Source of the DNA: a virus
IMG/VR virus record: IMGVR_UViG_3300040801_005525
Span: 1-64,000 of that record
DNA length: 64,000 bases
Reading direction: 5' to 3' (one strand)
Below are positions 47,180 through 56,813 of this stretch, piece after piece. How positions within the stretch are numbered: the stretch's first letter is position 1; each line of letters starts with the position of its first letter. The notes under the pieces were generated by a model that did not search any database, was not told where the DNA came from, and worked only from the letters and a program-made list of their open reading frames with translations. A program made the translations under genes and the position numbers.

Positions 47180-48211
47180 TCAGGCGAGCTTCTCGAAGCG
47201 CATCAGGTAGTTGTCATCGCCGTTCAGAGCCTGGGCGAGGTAGTCCACGGTGAACTGCTTTCTGGAGTTGCCGCTGCCCGGCTGCATCGTGGTCCAGCGC
47301 ATGTTCGGGAAGCTGATGCGGAAGAGGTTCACGCCGTCGTTGATCTCGAGCACGAAGTCCAGATCGAGGTCGTTGTTGTGCACGCGCTTGACCCAGTTGC
47401 CAGGGCCGGTGTCCGCGATGAGCGTGTCGAGGAACTTCAGGGTGAGCTGGCCACCCATCTCGCCCGGGTCCATGATGATCTCGCTCACGCCCTCATCACA
47501 CGCCTCGATGTCCTCGGTGTTGTCCTCGAACGTGTTGTTCGGCGAGAACGTGAACGCGTCGATCCCGAGGTCGAAGTACGCGTCCGCGCTGTCACGCTCC
47601 TTGACCTTGGCGCTGACGCACTTGCCCTTGAAGAATCCCACCCCAAGGCCCTTGGTGGCAGGCCCAGGGATCGTGGCCACCCCTGCAAACTCCTCATAGA
47701 ACCCGTGCAGGGCACGCAGGGTCAGGTCGAGGATCACAGCCCCCGTGCCCTGGATCTGAAGGTTGAAGGTGCCGCGCGTGCCGAGGTGTTTCTGGCGGGC
47801 GAGGTTCCCGTTGCCATCCTCTCGCCACAGCCCATAGAACACGGAGTCCGGCCAGTTCGCACTCGTCGGGCCATACTCGGCGTAGTTCCCCACGCCAGCA
47901 GACCCCTCGGTGTCCTTGATGATGGCGCCGCAGGCTTGCAAAGCGGCATCCGAGGCGCTGATGGCGGCGACCTGATCGACCAGGAACCCGAGCTTGTTCT
48001 GGAAGGTCAGCCCGAGGTAGCCATGTTCGCGATCGCCCGCACTCGAGGTGGGGTAGAGCTCGAACTCCTCGTCATTCTCGAAGGTGTCCTGGTGATCATA
48101 GCCAGGCTGCCCCGCGAGACGCATCGCGTCCACGGGCTCGGTGTCGGTGCCATAGGCCGCAGGGTTCGTGATGCCGAGCACCGCGCCGTATTCTTCATAG
48201 ACTCTGCCCAT
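47180..48211 (-). CDS. Major tail tube protein
   Basis: 343 aa, acidic and beta-rich, canonical position before chaperone/TMP. Confidence 0.75.
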   Translation of the reverse strand: MGRVYEEYGAVLGITNPAAYGTDTEPVDAMRLAGQPGYDHQDTFENDEEFELYPTSSAGDREHGYLGLTFQNKLGFLVDQVAAISASDAALQACGAIIKDTEGSAGVGNYAEYGPTSANWPDSVFYGLWREDGNGNLARQKHLGTRGTFNLQIQGTGAVILDLTLRALHGFYEEFAGVATIPGPATKGLGVGFFKGKCVSAKVKERDSADAYFDLGIDAFTFSPNNTFEDNTEDIEACDEGVSEIIMDPGEMGGQLTLKFLDTLIADTGPGNWVKRVHNNDLDLDFVLEINDGVNLFRISFPNMRWTTMQPGSGNSRKQFTVDYLAQALNGDDNYLMRFEKLA

Positions 48212-48254
48212 GGGGGTGTCCTCTGGTTCGTGGGGGATGGTGGGGGAGGTGGGT

Positions 48255-48962
48255 TTAGAGGTTCGGGACGTACTGGTGCTGCTCGATGCGAAGCTCGAGG
48301 TAGACGATGTTGATGGCGAGCTGCTGCACCTGCCCCACGGCGTTCCTCACGGAGGTGGAGAACTGCACGGTGAGGTCGTCGACGATCTTCAGGTCCTGGC
48401 ACACAGGCGAGTGCTTGCAGCGCGCAAGGAGCATGTATTTGAGCGCGCCGATGTAACACATCGCCCGGTGGGAGAGGATCTCCTCGTCCTCGAGTAGGCG
48501 CCCCACAAACACCTCGCCTGGCGGCAGCTGGTCAGGCGCCCTGCCCTGCGCGTCTTCCTCCTCATCACGCACGGGCTCGTGCCCTCCCGCAGACAGCATC
48601 AGCGCGACGCCAAAGGAGAGCTCCACGCGTGACTCGAACGAGCCGCCGTTCGACAGGCTTCGCGCCCCCTCGTCTTCCTGGGTGGGCAGCGTGGGCCCCA
48701 CGAACAGACACGTCGACTCGCTGCGGGGCGAGAGGTTGTCGGGCGTGGGCTGCACCTGCGTGATGATGCGCTTTGGCGCCGGGAGATAGAGCCCGTTTGT
48801 GGTGGAGTACGGCAGGCCGTCAGCGTTCTCCTCCACGTCATAGAGCGCGTGAAGGTCTGCCTCGAAGTGGTGGCGCAGCTGGTAGCGCAGGTAAGCATTC
48901 GTGCCCCTCCACCCCTCGTCCACGCCCACCTCATAACCATTCTGTAAGGGGCTGGCGGGCAT
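48255..48962 (-). CDS. Tail completion/terminator protein (putative)
   Basis: Position only. Confidence 0.5.
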   Translation of the reverse strand: MPASPLQNGYEVGVDEGWRGTNAYLRYQLRHHFEADLHALYDVEENADGLPYSTTNGLYLPAPKRIITQVQPTPDNLSPRSESTCLFVGPTLPTQEDEGARSLSNGGSFESRVELSFGVALMLSAGGHEPVRDEEEDAQGRAPDQLPPGEVFVGRLLEDEEILSHRAMCYIGALKYMLLARCKHSPVCQDLKIVDDLTVQFSTSVRNAVGQVQQLAINIVYLELRIEQHQYVPNL

Positions 48963-48978
48963 CTGAACGGCTCACGGG

Positions 48979-49533
48979 TCAGGGGGTGAGTGCAGGGATG
49001 GGGGTGTTCGCGGGGAGGCCTCGCCTCAAGACATCCGTGAAGACGTCTTTGGCGAGCTCGCGCTTCTGTGCGGCGCGCATCGCAAACGGGTTTCTCCCCG
49101 GATAAGGCTCGCCAAACTGGTTGGTGCCCCCTCTGAAGAGCTTGACGATGTGGGGGTGCACGGCGCCAAACTTCACGCTGCGGTCGTTCACCTCGAACAC
49201 GTGGCCGGGGTCATTGGGGTCGGTGAGCGCGGGGAAGAGCCTCTCCTTGCCCCCCTTCTCCCAGCGCAGAAGATCGAGGTGCCCGAGGATCGCGCGCTTG
49301 TAGGCGGCATACTTCGGGTTGTAGCCCGCCCAAGGGGTGCCGCCGTGGGCGCCTGCGGTGGCAAACTGGCGCCTCAGGTGCGCGAGCAGGTAGCGGTGGG
49401 TGTGCATGAGCGGGCGGCGCATCGACTTGAGCGCGCGGATCATGCGAGACAGGGTCCGCTGGGTGTGCGCGGTCTTCGCGCGGTCGATCTTGATATCGAT
49501 GACAGGGAGGAAGGTGGCGTTGGCGAGGCTCAT
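48979..49533 (-). CDS. Virion morphogenesis (tail completion) protein
   Basis: RRQFAT.G..GGTPWA....YAA.K and FG....GG....PGRNPF resemble the Mu gpG-like family. Confidence 0.65.
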   Translation of the reverse strand: MSLANATFLPVIDIKIDRAKTAHTQRTLSRMIRALKSMRRPLMHTHRYLLAHLRRQFATAGAHGGTPWAGYNPKYAAYKRAILGHLDLLRWEKGGKERLFPALTDPNDPGHVFEVNDRSVKFGAVHPHIVKLFRGGTNQFGEPYPGRNPFAMRAAQKRELAKDVFTDVLRRGLPANTPIPALTP

Positions 49534-49943
49534 GACAGCCCCCTGCCAATCACGCGACGCGTGCGGCGTGCGCAGGGAGGCTCGGCATCGCCCATCTCAC
49601 GAAGGTGCGCGTGCTCAAGCTCGGCTTCGAGTGCCTCGGCTTCCCTGCGCAGCCGCTCTGTGCTCTCCCCGCTCATGCCAAAGCGCCGATCCACCTCATA
49701 GGCGGCCGCGGCGATGATCCCGGCCTTGAGCTTCTCGTGGGCATCGGGGTGCTCATCGAGGTCACCGAGGATGAAATCTCGCGAGGTGAGGATCGTGTTG
49801 AAGCGCGCCGCAGCGCGCACAATGAGCCCCTCGACCTGCTCGAGGTTCAGGCGCTGTGAGGTCGCCGTGATGGTCGCCCCATCGACGTGGCTTGCCTCGA
49901 GGACCTGTGTGGCCGTGACGCCATGTGTCAAGACTTCGCCCAT
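49530..49943 (-). CDS. Head-tail joining protein (putative)
   Basis: Position, helical adaptor-like pattern. Confidence 0.5.
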   Translation of the reverse strand: MGEVLTHGVTATQVLEASHVDGATITATSQRLNLEQVEGLIVRAAARFNTILTSRDFILGDLDEHPDAHEKLKAGIIAAAAYEVDRRFGMSGESTERLRREAEALEAELEHAHLREMGDAEPPCARRTRRVIGRGLS

Positions 49944-49944
49944 G

Positions 49945-50430
49945 CTAGAACCCCGGCGTCATGCGGTAGGGCGCCCAGAAGGTGCGCTTGATCTCGCGTT
50001 CGGTGTAGACACGTCGTCCCTTGTGTAAGGACTGCGCGCTCGTGTGGAACGAGGTCGTCTCTTTCGTGCCATCGCCAAGATCACGCGTGATCGACTTGAT
50101 GGTCTGCCCCTCGCGTAGCTCACCCACGAGCTTCCCGCTCTCCGTGCTCGTGAAGTAGTGCCGGTCGGCATCTTCATCGATCTTGATGGCGTCAAAGCGT
50201 GTGCGCACCCACTCCACGACCCCGTTTCTGACGCGCGCGGGGATCTTCATCTCCACGCCATCTGCGTCGACAAAGGGGTTGTTGCAGTAGGTGTCTGCGA
50301 CCTCCAGCGCCTCCTCGACGAACAGGGTGAGCTGCGCATCCCACACGGCGTCATCCTTGGCGAGACGCAGCAGCGGCTTGACGAAGGCGAGGTCGATCCC
50401 CGAACGGTCTGTGACGGCGGTGCAGGGCAT
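49945..50430 (-). CDS. Head-tail connector (gp6/gp15-like)
   Basis: LAFVKPLLRL..D..L..A..YCNNPF..IPARVR..LW-like..PYR. Confidence 0.7.
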   Translation of the reverse strand: MPCTAVTDRSGIDLAFVKPLLRLAKDDAVWDAQLTLFVEEALEVADTYCNNPFVDADGVEMKIPARVRNGVVEWVRTRFDAIKIDEDADRHYFTSTESGKLVGELREGQTIKSITRDLGDGTKETTSFHTSAQSLHKGRRVYTEREIKRTFWAPYRMTPGF

Positions 50431-50463
50431 GGGGTGCGCCTCGGTGTGTGCTGGGGTGATAAG

Positions 50464-50736
50464 CTACTTGGGGGCGTCTTCGCCCTGCGCGGCTTGTGCA
50501 GAAGGGGGTGGGGTCTCTTTTTTCTTCTTCTCGAGGGCGAGCTCTTTCTTGAGCGCCTCGGCCCTGGGCTTGAGCTCGGCGTAGCGCGCCTTGTCCTCGG
50601 GCGGGATCACGACACCCTCACGGATGAGCGCGGCGACCTTGATGGGCTGTTTCAGGGTGCAGTACTCGTACTGCTCGAACACACGGCCCGAGACTTTGCG
50701 CTGCACGGTGAAGATGGGGAGAGAGGGGGTGGCCAT
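50464..50736 (-). CDS. Hypothetical protein
   Basis: GAGGA RBS. Confidence 0.6.
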   Translation of the reverse strand: MATPSLPIFTVQRKVSGRVFEQYEYCTLKQPIKVAALIREGVVIPPEDKARYAELKPRAEALKKELALEKKKKETPPPSAQAAQGEDAPK

Positions 50737-50772
50737 CGCATGTCCTCGCTGTGTAGGGGGAAAGGAGAGGGT

Positions 50773-50813
50773 GTGTCGTGAGAAGCCTTGAAGCTCAGGG
50801 CTTCTCACGACAC
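50773..50813. other. Long intergenic hairpin
   Basis: GTGTCGTGAGAAGCCTTGA-agc-TCAGGGCTTCTCACGACAC, about a 19-bp stem with no U-tract. Confidence 0.75.
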
Positions 50814-50817
50814 GAGA

Positions 50818-51234
50818 TCAGATCAGCCCGTGCTCGGTGAGGAAGGCCTCACGGCGAGCCGCGAGCTCTTCTTGCGTGCCCTTGCCAGAGAGGCCCTCGA
50901 CGGCGGCGACCGCGCTCCGCAAGGCGCCGAAGTCCTCGATGTCCACATCGATGAGCTTCTGGATCTCGGGGGTGACCACGAAGTCCTTGTCAGGCTCTCC
51001 CTTCTTATGCGCGCCTTCCTCGGACTGCGCGGGGGGTGCAGGCGGGGCCGTGGGCTCTGACCTCGAGGAGGTGGGCCTCGCCAGGAACTCGGCGGGGCAG
51101 TCGATGATGCCCTGCGCGTGAAGGTACATGAGCGTGGAGGGGTGGCGCTCTGGACACGCGTCGCCACTCTTGTACGAGACACCCTGCATGGTGTGCTTGG
51201 TGCGAAAGACAGGGCCAGTTTGCTTGGTCGTCAT
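50818..51234 (-). CDS. Hypothetical head-associated protein
   Basis: Follows MCP. C-terminal SGKGTQEEL resembles SAP/HeH-type helical motifs. Confidence 0.6.
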   Translation of the reverse strand: MTTKQTGPVFRTKHTMQGVSYKSGDACPERHPSTLMYLHAQGIIDCPAEFLARPTSSRSEPTAPPAPPAQSEEGAHKKGEPDKDFVVTPEIQKLIDVDIEDFGALRSAVAAVEGLSGKGTQEELAARREAFLTEHGLI

Positions 51235-51276
51235 GGGGATGGACTCTTCTTTTAAGGGAGGGGGAAAGGGGACTCA

Positions 51277-51311
51277 TGACGAGGCAGGCGATGGTCTCAC
51301 CTGCCTCGTCA
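51277..51311. other. Perfect 12-bp hairpin just downstream of the capsid gene
   Basis: TGACGAGGCAGG-11 nt-CCTGCCTCGTCA. Confidence 0.75.
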
Positions 51312-51331
51312 CGTTCGGCGAGCGCGCGGCA

Positions 51332-52852
51332 TCAACCCGCCTGAGGCGCCTCGTTGAAGCTGCCGCGACGGAAGGCCTGGGGCTGCTCGACGATGAGCAC
51401 CTCGAGCTGCTCGGCGAGCATGACGACCATGTTCTTCACGAAGAAGTCCGCGTGCTGCTCGGCGACCCTCAGGGTCATCTCCTCGTTGTAATAGACAGGC
51501 GCCTGGTTGAAGTCCCCCACGAGGAAGTCACCACGCTTCAGGAGCCCGCACAGGATCACGCGCACGTTCCAGAGCATCATCTGCCCGTTCTGGTTGGTGT
51601 AGCTCATGCCCATGATGTACTGCCCGTGGTCATCCTTGGCGAGCTCGATGTCCTCGGCATCGAACGGGTTCAGGACCACGTAGTTCGGCATCACGCCGAG
51701 GTCATACAGGCCGGTCATCGCGCGGCGCACCGCGTCACGCTTGGTGTCGCCCACGACCCCATTGCTCCACAGGTAGGCCGGGATGTTCGTGTTCGAGAAG
51801 AACCCGAGCATGTTCCCGTTCTGCCCGTCGCCATAGAGGTAGTTGTACACGGCGCTCTTGCGCACCTTGACGGGGAGCTTGCGCTCGATGGAGTCGACGA
51901 TGGTCGAGGCGGTCTTGAGCAGACGATTCGAGACAGGGATCCAGCCTGCGATCGTCTCGAGTTGAGAGCTCTTCTCCTCGTACTTCGCCTCGAGCTCGGG
52001 CTTGAGCTCGGTCTCTGCGGTGTACGCAAACTTGTCCGCGGTGACCTCCACGCCCTGGGCATGGGCGGCGGTGAACGCGTCGACGGTGATGACGTTCGTC
52101 GCCACGTTGATGGCGGAGATGGTACGCTCCTCGCCCCCGACGCTGATCTTTGTGCCCACCACGAAGGCGCGCGCGTTGCTCACCGTGAGCGTCGTGTCGG
52201 CGATGGCCACGGCGGCGGCGAGCTTGTCGATGAGCTTGATGGGGGTGGTCTCCTCGATCCACTGCACCTCGCCTGCGCTGGTCTCGATGCGGGGGAGGAT
52301 GTCATCCAGGCCGATCATCGTCTCTAGTGCGTCGACGACCTTGCCGGTGCGCTCCACGTCCTCGATGGGGTTGCCGTTTGCATCCGTGCTCGTGAGCGCG
52401 GCGCGGGTCACCGGCTTGCGAGGCATGTCACGGGTCTTGATGGTGATGGCGCCGCTTCGCTGACCTGACTTCAGGCTCTCGAACAGCTCGCTCTCGACCA
52501 TGATCTGGCCTGCGCGCTTGCGCTGACCTGCCTCGGGCGTGCGGGCGTGCTTCTGGATGAGCTTCTCGAGGTCATCAAGACGCGTCATCACCTCGCCGCC
52601 TGCCTTCTCGTCGTCGAGCTCGGCAAGCCGGGTCTTCAATGTCTCGACCTCCGAGGAGAGCTTGGTGACCTGCTCGGTGGACAGCGTGCTCGCCTCCTGG
52701 GCAGCGCGGCTCGACTCCGCGGCCTTTTCGCTTGCCTCACGAGCCTGGGTGAGCTGGGTGGTGACGGTGGTGGACAGGGTGGTCACGCTCGCGAGGATCG
52801 TGTCCATGTCTGCGTTTCGGGTCGAAGTGGGTGCGGTGTTGGTGTCGCCCAT
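51332..52852 (-). CDS. Major capsid protein, HK97 fold, with coiled-coil delta domain and an inserted domain
   Basis: AETELKPE, TIAGWIPVSN, LYGDG, VLNPFD, KDDHGQYI, LVGDF, FVKNMVVMLAE and QPQAF. Confidence 0.92.
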   Translation of the reverse strand: MGDTNTAPTSTRNADMDTILASVTTLSTTVTTQLTQAREASEKAAESSRAAQEASTLSTEQVTKLSSEVETLKTRLAELDDEKAGGEVMTRLDDLEKLIQKHARTPEAGQRKRAGQIMVESELFESLKSGQRSGAITIKTRDMPRKPVTRAALTSTDANGNPIEDVERTGKVVDALETMIGLDDILPRIETSAGEVQWIEETTPIKLIDKLAAAVAIADTTLTVSNARAFVVGTKISVGGEERTISAINVATNVITVDAFTAAHAQGVEVTADKFAYTAETELKPELEAKYEEKSSQLETIAGWIPVSNRLLKTASTIVDSIERKLPVKVRKSAVYNYLYGDGQNGNMLGFFSNTNIPAYLWSNGVVGDTKRDAVRRAMTGLYDLGVMPNYVVLNPFDAEDIELAKDDHGQYIMGMSYTNQNGQMMLWNVRVILCGLLKRGDFLVGDFNQAPVYYNEEMTLRVAEQHADFFVKNMVVMLAEQLEVLIVEQPQAFRRGSFNEAPQAG

Positions 52853-52981
52853 GATGTGTGATCTCCGTGGGGTTTGTACGAAAAAACCCCACGTCCTGGA
52901 CCTGAACGCGGTCCGGGAGGTGAGGCGGCTGGGGTGAAGGAAGGAAGAAAGAGAGGTGGGTGAAAGAGAGGTGAGGGTGGC

Positions 52982-53785
52982 CTACATGATGGCGAGCTGC
53001 GCGTGCGCGAGCTCGAGCGAGAGCAAGACCTTCTTGGCGGCCTGATCTCGAGCGCGCTCATCCATCTGCGCGACCTCGGCGCGCACGGCGGGGGGCACGG
53101 CGGGCACCTCGATGGGCACATCCTTGCCCGACTTGATGGCGTCGAGCTCGGCCTTCAAGGTCTGCATCATCTCGAAGAGCTGCGCGTGGGCCTGCTCGGG
53201 GGCATGCGCCGCGAGCGCGGCGAAGCGCGCGCCCTTGTCGCGAAGGCTTCGCACGCTCTCCACGGTCGCCTGATCGTTGGCGGGGTAGGTCACCACGCTG
53301 TACTCGGCAAGGCGCGCCACGAGGATCTCCTCGGTGGCGTTCTGGTAGATGGGGTTGAACCACATGTCCCACCAGTCCTCGGGCGGCTCGATGAGATCCC
53401 CTGTGGTGTCATCACGCCACCGTGAGACGAGCGTCCAGAACCCGATCGAGAGCCCGTCGATGCTGCCATCGTTCAGGAGGATCAAGGCGTCCTTGCCGCG
53501 CGTCGTCTGGCTGACCTTCGCCTCGCCGAGCAGGCCCTTGTCGTCCTCCTCGAGCGAGAGGATCTTGCCGATGGGCTCATCGGTCTTGTGCTGCCACAGG
53601 AACTTGACCTTCCCCTCCTTGAACTCCTTGTCGATCGTCTCGGTGAAGGCGCCCTTGATGAGCTTCGTGCCCCAGGAGTCCTTGACGTCGAACACGCTCG
53701 CGTAGCCCGAGACGATGCCCTCCTTGAGCTTCTCGAGCCCATCGGGCGCGAGTCTGCAATTCCACTGTCGCTGGTGGTCGATCAT
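52982..53785 (-). CDS. HK97-family prohead protease
   Basis: GYASVFD, GAF, FLWQH..PIG, EDDKGL, GLSIGF and EYSVVTYPAN. Confidence 0.93.
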   Translation of the reverse strand: MIDHQRQWNCRLAPDGLEKLKEGIVSGYASVFDVKDSWGTKLIKGAFTETIDKEFKEGKVKFLWQHKTDEPIGKILSLEEDDKGLLGEAKVSQTTRGKDALILLNDGSIDGLSIGFWTLVSRWRDDTTGDLIEPPEDWWDMWFNPIYQNATEEILVARLAEYSVVTYPANDQATVESVRSLRDKGARFAALAAHAPEQAHAQLFEMMQTLKAELDAIKSGKDVPIEVPAVPPAVRAEVAQMDERARDQAAKKVLLSLELAHAQLAIM

Positions 53786-53820
53786 GATGACGTCATCCTG
53801 TGAGGAGAGAAGAGGAGCGC

Positions 53821-55146
53821 TCAGGGCGCGATCGAGGGGAGCCCGAGCTCGAGGTAGTCGTTGATCTGGTCGTTGGTGTACCCGAGCTTCTTGAGCCGAA
53901 GCGCGCTGTTGAGCTTGGCGTCGAGCACCGCTTGCATCGCGGGGATGCGGGTCTCATCGGGCACGATCACCAGGTCCTCGCCGAACTCGTAGGCGAGGTC
54001 CGAGGTGAGCATCTGGCAGATGCGGCGCAGGTAGGCCATGACCGTCTGGAGCCAGAAGATGTCGAAGGCGCCCTGCACGTTCGAGTAGTTGGCGTTCTCG
54101 AAGTAGGTGGCCACAGGGGGCGGCACGTGGAAGAGCGCGAGCAGGTCATGGCGGTAGTGCACGCGCTGCTCGAGGAACTGCATCTCGCGCGGGGACAGAG
54201 AGAGCCCGTGGATCGTGGCCCCGTTATCGAGGATCAGGACCTTGCCGTCCTGCTCCGCGTCGGTCGTGGCATCGAGCCGCTCACGACGCTCGTTGTAGGC
54301 GAACTCGTTGAGCTCCTCTTCGAACATCACCGCGGCGCTTGGCCTGCCCTGGCGCCCTGCGACCTTCTTCTGGTAGCCGAGCGCCTCGGTGTCCGAGTCG
54401 ACGGCGAGCGCCGCGCTCCGCAGCACGCTCGAACCCCACCACGGGTTGCACGGGTCAGGGAGCATGATGTGCCCGACATCCTCGGGGTTCCAGCGCTCGA
54501 CGACCTGGCTCCTCGCGATGGTCGAGCGGCGCCTGTAGTGGTCGAGGATGGCGCGTGAGCCCTGGCGCGCCTCGATGGGCGTCATGTCATCGGGGCTCAC
54601 CTGATCGAGCTCGATGGGCAGCCCGTCGCTGCTTCGCAGGGCCTTCAAGAAGAGCCCGTTTCCCGCGAGCAGGATGTGCTGGACCATGCGCTCGATGAAG
54701 TCGGACTGGGGCTGGTAGGTGTTGGGCTGGTCGATCACGTGTTGCAGGCGCTGCGCGCTGACCTTGTTCGTGGTGATGACCTTGCCATCACGCTGGCGCC
54801 GGCGCACGACGAGCGGCACCGTGGCGACGTTCTGCGCGATCAGATCGACGCACAGCCTCACCACCGCGGCCTTGTGAAAGCCGTCACGCGTGGCAAGCTT
54901 CAGGCTCATCGCCCCATCCCTGTGGGAGAGCGAGGAGGTGGTCGACGAGGAGACCGGGCGATGGGCCGTCAGGCTCAGGCCGAGCGTCCCCGTGCCGATC
55001 GGGGGGTTCAAGTCCGAGCGCAGCCGGGCGGGGCCAGCTTCCGCATGCACGGAGGGAGAAGATGCCCCGTCTGCGAGCTGGCGCGCCCTGTAGGCCCACA
55101 CCGACTCCCCCTGTCGCCACGCCGCGATACGCTCTGAAAAGCTCAT
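53821..55146 (-). CDS. HK97-family portal protein
   Basis: VRLCVDLIAQNVATVPL, PNTYQ, LLAGN, GKVLILDNG, EMQFLE, FHVPP and ANYSN. Confidence 0.92.
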   Translation of the reverse strand: MSFSERIAAWRQGESVWAYRARQLADGASSPSVHAEAGPARLRSDLNPPIGTGTLGLSLTAHRPVSSSTTSSLSHRDGAMSLKLATRDGFHKAAVVRLCVDLIAQNVATVPLVVRRRQRDGKVITTNKVSAQRLQHVIDQPNTYQPQSDFIERMVQHILLAGNGLFLKALRSSDGLPIELDQVSPDDMTPIEARQGSRAILDHYRRRSTIARSQVVERWNPEDVGHIMLPDPCNPWWGSSVLRSAALAVDSDTEALGYQKKVAGRQGRPSAAVMFEEELNEFAYNERRERLDATTDAEQDGKVLILDNGATIHGLSLSPREMQFLEQRVHYRHDLLALFHVPPPVATYFENANYSNVQGAFDIFWLQTVMAYLRRICQMLTSDLAYEFGEDLVIVPDETRIPAMQAVLDAKLNSALRLKKLGYTNDQINDYLELGLPSIAP

Positions 55147-55189
55147 GGTGCCCTGGGCAAAAGAAGGAGAGGTGAGAGAGGGGCGCGAT

Positions 55190-56806
55190 CTAAGTCCAGC
55201 CGATGTGTGCGGTGCGCCTCGGCGCGATGACGTCATCGGCGAACGCGTAGACGAGCGCATCGGCGTGATCAGGAGACTGCGAGGAGCCACGGCGGCGCTT
55301 CATCTCATCCTTGCGCTCGACCTGGATGAGCCCTGCCGTGCTGCGCTTCTCCTTGAGCCAGGAGAGCTGGTCGATGAGCTTGGGGTCATTCGGGATGCTG
55401 ATGCACTCCTCGAGCGGGTAGCCTGCGCCCCGGGTCACGTTCTCATAGGTCTTTCGGAAGCGCTCGCGCACGTTCCAATAGAGCTCGGCCCTCAGGTTCA
55501 CAAAGAGCTCGTGACTGCGGCGCCCGTCAGGCCACCTTCGCCGCGTGGCCTTCGCCGAGAACTTGATGCCCTGCGCCTTGAAGTGCGCGGGGAGGTCGTG
55601 CAGGGCGAGCTGATGGGGCGGGAGATCCCCGAGCGCCACGCGCAGCGCCTCACCCACGCCGAGCACGTCATAGGAGAGGCAGGAGGCCCCCTCCTCCCCG
55701 CAACGCTGCAAGATCCGCTCGGCGCTCTCCTCAGGCAAGAGTCCATGCCAGCTCTCCCCCTCGAAGACGAGCGGCCCGCAGCGTGGGTAGAGCACGTTCG
55801 AGTCTCCTGTCAGGCCCACGTCGAAGCCTGCCGAGATGTGCGCGCCGCCCGAGACCTTGAACCCCACGGCCGCCTTGACCCAGGCTGGCGGGATGACGCT
55901 CCCCTCGGCGCTCCCGAGGAAGTCCATCATGACCTCCTGGGCAAAGCCTCTGGGGTCATGGGCGCTCTCTTGCCTCATGCGCTCGAGCCAGTGCGCATCC
56001 CTCCAGGGCACACAGTCCCAGGGCATCTCGAAGAGGCGGGTGACGCCCTGCTTGATGCGCTGGGCAAAGGGATTATCGAGCCCGTTGGGGGTCGAGATCT
56101 CGATCAGGACCTCGGTGTTGTTCAGGATCCCGCGCAGGCGCTCCAAAGGGTTGTCGCTCTTGGCGGCCTCGTCCCACACGTAGATCGAGGCGCGGCCCCC
56201 CACGCCCATGTTCTTGCCGATCTCGCCGGTGATCGAGCTGCCGGTGTCCGGGAACACGATCGCGAGCTTCTTGGAGTGGTCATCGCGCTTGAAGCCTGGC
56301 GCGACCACGGCCATGAACCACTTGGGCAAGCGCGCCATGAGGATGCGCGCCTTCTCGAACAGGCTGTCGGGATCCCCCAGGACATCGAGGCTCTTCTCGG
56401 TGCGTGACCCGAAGGTGGCCTTGAAGCCCTTCTGGAAGAGCCCGGCCCACACCGAGTAGGCGATGAGCACCCAGGAGGCGCCCACGCCGCGGCATTTGAG
56501 GATCGAGGCGTTCAATTTGTCGCGGCGCCACAGCCCGATCTCGATGAGGAGCTCGCGCTGGCGCTCATAGAGCTCGAAGGGCACATAGCCCGGGACATCC
56601 TTGCCGGGGTTGCGTGGGTCATAGGTCCAGGCGAAGTGATCGATGAAGAAGGCCACATCCCTGCGACACTTCTCGATGACCTTGGCCTGGAAGTCGGGAT
56701 CCCCCTCGCAGCGCCTCTGGAACTTCAGGCGTTTTTCTGCGGCCTGTCGCCAGAGGTCATGCGCACGCGCATCGCTCGTCTTGAGGCTCGCGAGCTCCTG
56801 CACCAT
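55190..56806 (-). CDS. terL: Terminase large subunit
   Basis: Walker A KCRGVGAS, Walker B WDEAA, ISTPNG, nuclease motifs FDVG, YDVLGVG and SPDHADA. Confidence 0.92.
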   Translation of the reverse strand: MVQELASLKTSDARAHDLWRQAAEKRLKFQRRCEGDPDFQAKVIEKCRRDVAFFIDHFAWTYDPRNPGKDVPGYVPFELYERQRELLIEIGLWRRDKLNASILKCRGVGASWVLIAYSVWAGLFQKGFKATFGSRTEKSLDVLGDPDSLFEKARILMARLPKWFMAVVAPGFKRDDHSKKLAIVFPDTGSSITGEIGKNMGVGGRASIYVWDEAAKSDNPLERLRGILNNTEVLIEISTPNGLDNPFAQRIKQGVTRLFEMPWDCVPWRDAHWLERMRQESAHDPRGFAQEVMMDFLGSAEGSVIPPAWVKAAVGFKVSGGAHISAGFDVGLTGDSNVLYPRCGPLVFEGESWHGLLPEESAERILQRCGEEGASCLSYDVLGVGEALRVALGDLPPHQLALHDLPAHFKAQGIKFSAKATRRRWPDGRRSHELFVNLRAELYWNVRERFRKTYENVTRGAGYPLEECISIPNDPKLIDQLSWLKEKRSTAGLIQVERKDEMKRRRGSSQSPDHADALVYAFADDVIAPRRTAHIGWT

Positions 56807-56813
56807 GGTGGAC

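Noticed and set aside
34526-56407. Long plus-strand ORFs opposite structural genes (e.g. 43930-46419, 40118-41992, 34526-36124)
   Set aside because: Antisense shadows typical of high-GC coding DNA. The minus strand carries the recognisable phage proteins.
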